From Coraliomargarita sp. (lineage in GTDB: Bacteria > Verrucomicrobiota > Verrucomicrobiia > Opitutales > Coraliomargaritaceae), in the NCBI GenBank assembly GCA_965216325.1, contig OZ244160.1, positions 64,001-128,000 of the forward strand: a DNA stretch of 64,000 nt, in the 5' to 3' direction. The first letter of the stretch is position 1. Every line of letters begins with the position of its first letter. The translations under genes and the position numbers were made by a program. Below, in pieces: positions 56,425-64,000 of the stretch. A model generated the notes under the pieces. The model did not search any database, was not told the origin of the DNA, and worked only from the letters and a program-made list of their open reading frames with translations.

Positions 56425-57120
56425 ATGACTAAATCAAATGATAAGGGACCGGGGATTGTGAGTATTGCAATCGCTGGTATGATGATGGCAGCGATTGGTG
56501 CCTTTGCTGGGGTGGTTTTTATGGCTACATATCCGATTCAGGCTTTTTCTAGTCAGGCTGAGCTGGATCGCCATTTAGAAGAGGGCGATGAAGAGGCGCA
56601 TTTGGTTCAACCCAGAGAGGTTTACTACATTGAAGGGCCAGATCGTAGTAGCGTTAGCTGGCAGCAAGTGCGTAAAGACATTTTGGATGGGCGCAAAGAT
56701 GTGATCGATTTGCCAGCTGGTGTCATTAATACGTGGTTGAGTTCCAATTTCCAGATCGGCCATGCTGGGGAGGGCTCTTCGAGTGGTATCATGGTCTTAC
56801 CTGGGATGCCTAAAGTGTCTTCGTTGCAAACGGGGGAGGTATTCCTCAGCATGCCGATAGAATTTAAAGTGTATGGAACCAGCTATAATCGCACCTATGT
56901 CGTGATCGGACATATTGATCAAACGACTCGCCCCAAATTTGTGATCGACCAAATACAACTCGATTGTGCGAGCATTCCGGTTCTTGGCGTGGGCGAGTTG
57001 TTACATCAGCGTTTAGTTTCCATTTTTAGCGGAACTGATGAGTTTAAACAGCTTGCAGCTGCACTGGCTGAATTCAGTTCGGTAGAGGTCGGTGATAATA
57101 GTTTCCGTCTAAGGCGTTAA
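56425..57120 (+). CDS. Membrane-anchored hypothetical protein
   Basis: 231-aa ORF, N-terminal TM, operon-like spacing. Confidence 0.7.
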   Translation: MTKSNDKGPGIVSIAIAGMMMAAIGAFAGVVFMATYPIQAFSSQAELDRHLEEGDEEAHLVQPREVYYIEGPDRSSVSWQQVRKDILDGRKDVIDLPAGVINTWLSSNFQIGHAGEGSSSGIMVLPGMPKVSSLQTGEVFLSMPIEFKVYGTSYNRTYVVIGHIDQTTRPKFVIDQIQLDCASIPVLGVGELLHQRLVSIFSGTDEFKQLAAALAEFSSVEVGDNSFRLRR

Positions 57121-57136
57121 GCTGACTTCTTGACGT

Positions 57137-58270
57137 ATGCTCTCTCTACGCAGTTTGCTTGTTGCGCTCTGTGCTCTGCTGGGGCTCGTCCACGCGGACG
57201 ATAGAACACGTGTTCGCACCATCGAGGGGCCGCATTTCAATCTCGTAGGTGCAGATGCTCGATCACTTTCCTATGTCGAGGCTCTGATTGATAGTCTCAC
57301 CTCAGTTGGCGAAAAATACTTGAAAGAGGCTCCTTTGGATTTTGAGCCCAAGGTGTATGTCGCTTTGCGCCCTGAAGAGCACGTGAGTTTTGAGGGCGAT
57401 TACAGGGTCACGCAAGATGTTTCCAAGGTTAATCTGGACTTTAATTGGTCGCAAGATTTGGCCTTGGAGACTGTGTGTTATGCATTGGCTGAGGCATATT
57501 TGAAGCAGTATTCAATTTATAGATACGGGCCTCAAGGGCCGCGGTCGATGCGTGCTTGGGTCGTCTCGGCATTCGCGTATCAGACTTACTTGCGTCTACG
57601 GCCGGCTGCTTATATCGGCATAGTCGAGCATGCACGCACGCAGCGCACCCCTGTATGTGCGGAATTGTTTTCCTATACTTTGGCTGGTGAACCTAGAACT
57701 CGTGATTTGGAGCGGGGCTACTGGGTCCTTCAGATTATGCGTTCGTCAGGTTTTTCTCGTTCGGACATTGCCTATTACTGTGAGCGGGCAGTGGCCGGAG
57801 ATAATATCCATATGGCATTAGAGGCGTCATTGCAGCCTGCTGGTTCTGATGAACTCGTTGTTGCTCTACAAGATTGGTGGAATTTCAACTGGCGTGAACT
57901 GATGAGTGCACAGCTTGAGCGTTTTGAGTCTATGGATGAATCTCGGCAGTGGATTGGTGTTCTGGCCAATTTTTCCGGCTACAATGAAGACGGACCGGAG
58001 CTAAAGAATCTGCGCTCTCTTTGGGAATATCGTGAGAATGAGGCCTTGCGGGAAACGCTCCAAGCCAGACTGGAGTTGATCCGCTTACGTGTGGTTCAAG
58101 TAAACCCTGGGTATTTTAATGCAGCTCGATCTCTCGGAGCGTTGTATGAAACGGTTTTAGACTCAGACAAACAATTTGAGTTTGTTCGTGCCTTGACTGT
58201 CTATCTAAGGGACTTCGAAGACACGAAGCGTATGCATGTCGAAGTCTTGGATGAGCTTGATGCGCTCTAA
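57137..58270 (+). CDS. Secreted hypothetical protein
   Basis: 377-aa ORF with signal peptide (VHA|DD). Confidence 0.72.
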   Translation: MLSLRSLLVALCALLGLVHADDRTRVRTIEGPHFNLVGADARSLSYVEALIDSLTSVGEKYLKEAPLDFEPKVYVALRPEEHVSFEGDYRVTQDVSKVNLDFNWSQDLALETVCYALAEAYLKQYSIYRYGPQGPRSMRAWVVSAFAYQTYLRLRPAAYIGIVEHARTQRTPVCAELFSYTLAGEPRTRDLERGYWVLQIMRSSGFSRSDIAYYCERAVAGDNIHMALEASLQPAGSDELVVALQDWWNFNWRELMSAQLERFESMDESRQWIGVLANFSGYNEDGPELKNLRSLWEYRENEALRETLQARLELIRLRVVQVNPGYFNAARSLGALYETVLDSDKQFEFVRALTVYLRDFEDTKRMHVEVLDELDAL

Positions 58271-60498
58271 TTATTCAGCGCAGCAAGCACTTCGTCGATC
58301 GACTTTGCCGACTTGATGCGCTCGCGTGAACGCTCTGCGCGGCAGTTGCGGGCGATATCTGCCAGAGTGGCTAGATGGCCATCGCTGTCGCCTTCGGGGC
58401 TAATTAAGAAGAAAACGAACTCAATGTCTTCGTCTTGCCCTGGGATATCGATACCTTTGGACAGATGGGCGACGAAGCAAACGCGTTGGTCCAAGTCTTT
58501 GCAGTAAATATGTGGAATTGCGATGCCGTGCCCCAGAAAGGCGGGGAAGACTTTGCTCTGATCGCCAAGTTTATCGAGCACGAGCTCCGTTGAGATGTCT
58601 TCAATACGTGTGGATGCCGCTTCAGCGAGGTCTTGGTAGAGGTATTCAATACTATCGCTGCGGAGTTGCAGGAAGTCTCCACTTTGCACAGCTCGGCGCA
58701 GGAAGCCCTCTGAGCGGCGAAGGCAGATTACCAAATCATCCGGTTTCGCCATTTCTTTGAGTGCACTGTCTTGCGGCACTGCTTTGAGCTGTTTGCCACG
58801 AAGAATGTAGAGTGGGTGCCAGTCGCCAGAGGGGAGAGTCGTGCCTTCCTCCCATGTGACTGTTTCAAAGCTGCTCTCACCTTGTAGGAGCTCACCACCA
58901 ATAACTGCGGGGCGTGATAGATCACCGAATACAGCTTGTCCGGTTAATTGGTCTTCTTTGGTTGAGCTGTCGCTTGGTACCCAGCCAAAGACTTTTTCGG
59001 TGTCGAGCACTTCGCCCCAACGTTGCATTAGTAGTTGATTCAATTCGACATTATCGGTAAGCGCGAGCGCGTAGCCTGCGCCATAGAGTGCTTCCTCGTC
59101 TTCGTAGAGTTCTTCCGCCTCCATGCCGTCTCGGTGATAGGCTTCCAGACCTTCTTTCCGGGCGATGGCAATATTGCGCGCGTTGCTATCGAGTAGGATA
59201 ACTTTTTGGTCTTCGTATTTGGTTAACTGCGTTGCGAGTTCGCGACCAAAATAGTGGGCACCAATAATGACCCACTCGTTGGGTGCGGGGCGTTGCAGTC
59301 CGAGCAACTTGGCCACAAGACCTGCCGACATGCCTTGAATTAGAACGGTTGCGCAGATCACCGAGAATACGAACGATTCGATTAAGGCGGGATCACCTAT
59401 TGGGTTGGGCTTGCTGGAGAGTGTCAACGCAAACAAAGAGGCCATCGACGCTGCAACCACTCCGCGTGGTGCCACCCAGCTTAAGAGAGCTTTTTCGCGT
59501 AGGTTGAGTGAGGTGCCCCAGGCGGAGAGCATGACGCTCAGGGGGCGAATGATGAGAATTACTGAAAGCAGGATCCAGCCACCGCCGATCTCAAAGAAAT
59601 CGATGAACTGGTCAAAGCGCAGGCGCGAAACCAAGAGCAAAAATAGCATCCCAATCATCAGGTCGACGATCTCGGCTTTGAAGGCTTTCACTTCGCGTAA
59701 CTGTCGTGGTTTCTTTAAGCCTACAATGAGGCCTGCAATCGTCACAGAGAGCAGGCCGGCTTCTGGTTTTACGAGTTCGGTTGCGCCAAAGATCAGCATC
59801 GCACTGGCGACCGAGAAGGCATTGACAATACTGTCCGGCACCCAGCCATGCTTCATCATCCAATAGATGCCATAGCCACCGAAGGTTCCGATCCCCACAC
59901 CGCTGATAACTCGGATCAAAAAGTTTGGAAGTGCCACCGTGCCGCCGCCTTCGACCACCCACTCAAAGCACAAGATCGCAATGAAAACACCAATGGAGTC
60001 AATCAACACGCCTTCCCAATGTAAAATACTGCAGAGCTTCTGGTGCGTGCGAATCCTGCGCAGCATTGGCACGATCACGGTGGGGCCGGTTACGATCACC
60101 AGACTGCCCATCAGCAGTGCAAAGGAGGGGGTGGTATCAAATACTAAGTAGGCGCTGAGTGCTGCGCCAAGCCACGTCACGATGACACCTACCGTTAGCA
60201 GGCGTTTAATCACCGGTGAGGTGTGTGAGAATTCTTTTAGGTCGAGTGTCAGACCACCTTCAAAGAGAATCAGCCCAATCGCCAGTGAAACGATCATCGG
60301 CAGTGTGTTGCCGAGTGCATCGGGATTGAGTAGGCCCAAGCCCTCTGGTCCGAGCGCAAATCCTCCTAGTAGTAGCAGCACAATCGTCGGTAGATGTGCT
60401 TTGCGTGAGAGCACAGTCAGTAGACATCCGGCACCGATTGCCAGACAGAGAGCCCAGAGGGGTTCCTGACCGTGTGCTGCTGCAGCGAGTGGAAACAT
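58267..60498 (-). CDS. CPA1 cation:proton antiporter with RCK-N-like and C-terminal PTS EIIA domains
   Basis: ILFEGGL, VTGPTV, WEG--ID, APRGVVAA; IIGAH..GRELA; FLGHGIAIPH...HLATLA. Confidence 0.9.
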   Translation of the reverse strand: MFPLAAAAHGQEPLWALCLAIGAGCLLTVLSRKAHLPTIVLLLLGGFALGPEGLGLLNPDALGNTLPMIVSLAIGLILFEGGLTLDLKEFSHTSPVIKRLLTVGVIVTWLGAALSAYLVFDTTPSFALLMGSLVIVTGPTVIVPMLRRIRTHQKLCSILHWEGVLIDSIGVFIAILCFEWVVEGGGTVALPNFLIRVISGVGIGTFGGYGIYWMMKHGWVPDSIVNAFSVASAMLIFGATELVKPEAGLLSVTIAGLIVGLKKPRQLREVKAFKAEIVDLMIGMLFLLLVSRLRFDQFIDFFEIGGGWILLSVILIIRPLSVMLSAWGTSLNLREKALLSWVAPRGVVAASMASLFALTLSSKPNPIGDPALIESFVFSVICATVLIQGMSAGLVAKLLGLQRPAPNEWVIIGAHYFGRELATQLTKYEDQKVILLDSNARNIAIARKEGLEAYHRDGMEAEELYEDEEALYGAGYALALTDNVELNQLLMQRWGEVLDTEKVFGWVPSDSSTKEDQLTGQAVFGDLSRPAVIGGELLQGESSFETVTWEEGTTLPSGDWHPLYILRGKQLKAVPQDSALKEMAKPDDLVICLRRSEGFLRRAVQSGDFLQLRSDSIEYLYQDLAEAASTRIEDISTELVLDKLGDQSKVFPAFLGHGIAIPHIYCKDLDQRVCFVAHLSKGIDIPGQDEDIEFVFFLISPEGDSDGHLATLADIARNCRAERSRERIKSAKSIDEVLAALNN

Positions 60499-60572
60499 GT
60501 TGAGCTGTAAGTAGTGGTTTACTGGATACGAATCGTTGGCGTGCGTGTCGAGTGACTACGCTACGTAGCAAG

Positions 60573-61361
60573 CTATTCGTCGATTTGGTGACACATGCCC
60601 AAGGCCGGGGAGGCCTCGCTGGTCTTGCCAATTTGCTGAGCTGGCACACCGGCTACACTGGTATGCGGCGGCACATCCTTCAGCACGACGCTACCGGCTC
60701 CGACCTTGGCCCCTTCGCCAATTTCGACATTACCTAAGATCTTGGCGCCAGCGCCGAGTAGCACACCAGAGCGCACCTTCGGGTGACGGTCGCCGCGATC
60801 CTTGCCAGTTCCGCCTAATGTGACCTCATGCAGAATGGATACGTCGTGCTCGATAACCGCAGTTTCGCCAGCCACAAAGCCAGTTGCGTGGTCGAGCAGA
60901 ATGCCGCAATCAATTCGAGCTGCCGGGTGAATGTCGACAGCAAAGGTCTCGGAAATCAGGCTCTGTAAATATAGGGCGAGCTCTTTGCGGTCCTGCTTCC
61001 ACATATAGTGCCCGACGCGGTAGCAGACCAGCGCTTGAAAGCCCTTGAAATAAAGTAGGGGAGTGAGCACGTCCGGGCATGCTGGGTCACGCTCTTTGAC
61101 AGCATTCATGTCGCAGGCGATTTGCTGGAGGATAGTTGGGTCCATTGCAAAGGCCTCCATGAACAAGTCGTGTAGCACGTCGATCGACGTGGCGTGGTTT
61201 ACCAGCTTACGGGTGATTCGGTAAGTTAATGATTCCGCAAATGAACTGCGGTCGAGCACGGTTTCGTTCAGAAGAATCTCCAGAGCAGGCTCGCGCTCAA
61301 CGATGGCGCGTGCACCTTCGCGGATGGCAATCCAATAGGCCTCGATATCAATTTCCGGCAT
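60573..61361 (-). CDS. cysE: Serine O-acetyltransferase
   Basis: ERDPAC, FKGFQAL, DIHPAA, DHATG, VTLGGTGK-RGDRHPK, AGVPA. Confidence 0.96.
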   Translation of the reverse strand: MPEIDIEAYWIAIREGARAIVEREPALEILLNETVLDRSSFAESLTYRITRKLVNHATSIDVLHDLFMEAFAMDPTILQQIACDMNAVKERDPACPDVLTPLLYFKGFQALVCYRVGHYMWKQDRKELALYLQSLISETFAVDIHPAARIDCGILLDHATGFVAGETAVIEHDVSILHEVTLGGTGKDRGDRHPKVRSGVLLGAGAKILGNVEIGEGAKVGAGSVVLKDVPPHTSVAGVPAQQIGKTSEASPALGMCHQIDE

Positions 61362-61508
61362 AGTATCAGTCTCAGTCTTGGTAGTTGAATCGCCAATACT
61401 TACCAGCATCGTGTAGCTGGCAACCACGCATCCAACAAAATTTCGGTGCTCGAATCGAGCGATTTGCATTGCTGAAGCGCTTTAGTTTGCCTGCCTTTAT
61501 TGGAGTAT

Positions 61509-62711
61509 ATGAGTCATTATCGCACAGTTGCCGTGATTGGAGGCGGGCCCGCAGGCTTACGTGTTGCGGAGCTGGCAGCGGCAGCCGGGCTTGAAGTCAC
61601 ACTTTTTGATGCCATGCCATCGGTTGGCCGCAAGTTTCTGGTAGCTGGTAAGAGTGGCTTGAATTTGACCAATGCAGCTGAGTTTGAGGCTTTTGTCGCG
61701 CAATACAATGGCACTGGCTTTCCGTCCGCGCTTTGGCGTGAGATGTTAACTGAATTTGATAATCAAGCACTGCGCTGTTGGGCAACAGGCTTGGGGATCG
61801 ACACGTTCGAGGCATCGAGCGGTAAAGTGTTTCCTGTTGAGAAGAAGGCGGCTCCGCTGCTGCGCCGCTGGGTGCTTCGATTGCGCGAGTTAGGGGTTAG
61901 TTTCAAAATGCGTCATCGTCTGCTGGCATTGAGTCCTGGGGAACCGATCGAACTTTCGTTTGAGCATGAAAGCGGCGCGAGTGCGCAGCGCTTTGATGCT
62001 GTGGTGCTTGCTTGTGGCGGTGCTTCGTGGTCGCAGACCGGATCCACCGGTGCTTGGACGCAGATACTTCAGGGCTTAGGTATTGGTGTGGTGCCCCTGA
62101 CTGCAGCTAATTGTGGCTGGGAGTGTGATTGGACGGATGCGACGCGCGAACTGGCTGAGGGGCGTCCCTTGCATAATCTACACATCCGTGCAGGCGATCA
62201 ACTGGCCGTGGGGGAGTTGATGGTCACACGCTATGGTTTCGAAGGCACCCCGATCTATGGACTCGGACCGGCGCTTCGTGCGATGGATGCACCTGCCATC
62301 GAGATTGACTTCAAGCCGACTTTCACCGTGGAGCGCCTGGTCCAGAAAATGGAGTCCGCACGCCGCAATTTTTATCATGAAGCGAAGCTACGGTGGAAGC
62401 TCAATGACACCGCGCGAGCGATTATCGAGCAACTTTACGGTGAATTCGATAATGCTGAGGACTTGGCTCGCATCGTGAAGGCCTGCCGGATCCCGCTCAA
62501 GGCACCACGCCCGCTCGCCGAGGCAATATCGACAGCCGGTGGAGTTGCTTGGGAGGAACTCGATGAGGCCTTGATGCTAAAACGGCTGCCGAATGTGTTT
62601 TGTGCAGGCGAGATGATTGATTGGGAGGCGCCCACTGGCGGCTTCTTGTTGCAGGGATGTTTTGCTACTGGAACCAGAGTGGGGCAGAGGCTCGCATTAC
62701 GTGCTTTTTGA
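61509..62711 (+). CDS. HI0933/BaiN-family flavoprotein
   Basis: [51 protein letters not shown]. Confidence 0.92.
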   Translation: MSHYRTVAVIGGGPAGLRVAELAAAAGLEVTLFDAMPSVGRKFLVAGKSGLNLTNAAEFEAFVAQYNGTGFPSALWREMLTEFDNQALRCWATGLGIDTFEASSGKVFPVEKKAAPLLRRWVLRLRELGVSFKMRHRLLALSPGEPIELSFEHESGASAQRFDAVVLACGGASWSQTGSTGAWTQILQGLGIGVVPLTAANCGWECDWTDATRELAEGRPLHNLHIRAGDQLAVGELMVTRYGFEGTPIYGLGPALRAMDAPAIEIDFKPTFTVERLVQKMESARRNFYHEAKLRWKLNDTARAIIEQLYGEFDNAEDLARIVKACRIPLKAPRPLAEAISTAGGVAWEELDEALMLKRLPNVFCAGEMIDWEAPTGGFLLQGCFATGTRVGQRLALRAF

Positions 62712-62952
62712 TTGCATGTAAGTAGCTGACCTTAAGCGTGTTATTGGCTAATTGAATCGCCCTTGGCGGGTTTACTAAAAGTTTGTAAATGCTGCGTCAA
62801 GGTGGCGAAATTCATTGATAAGCCACTGGTGTGTAGCGTTTAATCTAAAGTATATTAAGCGTCATTCCCCTCTTCAGCTTGGTGCTTTGTTCTTAAATAG
62901 ATCTAGGTATATTAGCCTACTTAATGTGAACCCCCAACCCCAACCCCAACAA

Positions 62953-64000
62953 ATGTCATCATTTTCGATCTTGATCGTAGATGATAGTCGAGTGGACCGC
63001 GAAATCGTTTCTTTAGCCTGTGAGTCGCTGGATTGCGACCTTGATGTTGCTAGCAATGGCAAAGATGCTCTGGAGCTTTACGCGCAAAAAGGGCATACAA
63101 TTGTCCTGACCGACTATCAAATGCAGCCTGTAAATGGAACCAAGCTGGTTTCTGAAATACGTAAAATCGATCCGGAAGCCCGGTGCATTCTGATGTCTGG
63201 CTACCCCGATGCTGAGTTGATCCGCTATCTGGATTCCGACGAGCGCACCAAGTATATCCCCAAGCCGATACGGCCTGAAAATTTGCGCGAGCGTTTACGG
63301 GTTGCGATGAATCAGCATCGTGGTGCGACCGAAACACTCAGTGATATTGCGCTGACTAACCGAATGGACCAGTGCGTCGCGCTACTTGGCGAGAGCCCGG
63401 AGATTTGTAAGGTGCGCAAACGTCTTTCAGCGCTCATCCCACGCTCGATTCCGTTTATTCTCGAGGGACCGAATGGGGTCGGTAAGCCCGAGATCGCCGA
63501 GTTGATTCACCGCTATGGTCCCTTTGCTGAGAGCCGTTTTGTGGAGTTCGATTGTACCGGGGTCGACGAAACTCAGTTTCAGCAACAACTTATCGGTGAC
63601 GATGGGCGGGATGGCACTGTGCTTCAGAATGCTAAAGACGGGACTTTGGTTTTGCGCCATGTGGCGGATTTACCCATGACTTGTCAGGCTGTGCTAGCGA
63701 CTGCCTTCAAGCGGATTTCCAAGCAAACACATTTGATCTGTATGTTAGATGAGACGCTTGATGATCTGATGGATGGGGCGCGTTTGCATGATATGCTGTA
63801 TTTCGAGCTCTCACTAGAGACCCTGCATATTCCTGCATTGAGTGAACGTCCTGTGGATGTTGAGGCGATGGTGCGCTTTGTGGCCAACAATCCGAATCGC
63901 TTCAGTTTGGATCGCCAGCTGAGCTCGATTGAAATTGATGCTCAGGTTGCGATTTTACGCAAAACATACCTCGAGCGGAATGTGGAGGAATTGGTCGAGC
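62953..64000 (+). CDS. NtrC-like response regulator (receiver plus degenerate AAA+), 3'-truncated; not in ORF track
   Basis: MSSFSILIVDD, LTDYQM, MSG, PKP; LLGESP, LEGPNGVGK, IH, FDC, DGTL, IPALSER; open to window end. Confidence 0.88.
   Translation, partial: MSSFSILIVDDSRVDREIVSLACESLDCDLDVASNGKDALELYAQKGHTIVLTDYQMQPVNGTKLVSEIRKIDPEARCILMSGYPDAELIRYLDSDERTKYIPKPIRPENLRERLRVAMNQHRGATETLSDIALTNRMDQCVALLGESPEICKVRKRLSALIPRSIPFILEGPNGVGKPEIAELIHRYGPFAESRFVEFDCTGVDETQFQQQLIGDDGRDGTVLQNAKDGTLVLRHVADLPMTCQAVLATAFKRISKQTHLICMLDETLDDLMDGARLHDMLYFELSLETLHIPALSERPVDVEAMVRFVANNPNRFSLDRQLSSIEIDAQVAILRKTYLERNVEELVE

Noticed and set aside
62795..62825. Possible sigma54 promoter (tggcgaaattcattga)
   Set aside because: Lacks GC at the required GG-N10-GC spacing
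62929..62950. (ccccaa)n tract as a phase-variation or G-quadruplex element
   Set aside because: Only three hexamer units, frame-neutral, and three G-runs on the minus strand are too few for an intramolecular quadruplex

Overview
A 64-kb, mostly housekeeping chromosomal segment. Gene content and order (rpsP-trmD-rplS without rimM, three-domain IspG, lptB-hprK, a Verrucomicrobia-style pseudopilin cassette) suggest a verrucomicrobium, probably Opitutales; this is an inference. About 55 CDS are supported. They include amino-acid and nucleotide genes (serA, hom, cysE, aroK, pyrF, purH), six isoprenoid genes (ispG, dxr, uppS, ispD, ispE, ispA), LPS transport (an LptC plus three-LptA single-chain fusion, lptB, an LptF/G permease), regulatory PTS parts (ptsI, hprK, an EIIA-fused antiporter), five prepilin-type genes and an octaheme TPR lipoprotein. 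I found no rRNA, tRNA, CRISPR array, transposase or prophage. Notable items: two genes missing from the ORF track (a 49-aa membrane protein coupled to an NSS transporter, and a truncated NtrC-like regulator lacking GAFTGA); a frame-broken AsmA-like gene; several proteins with lost catalytic or metal-binding motifs; and many intergenic REP-like and short-unit inverted repeats, some overlapping start or stop codons. All calls come from reading motifs by eye; no database searches were run.
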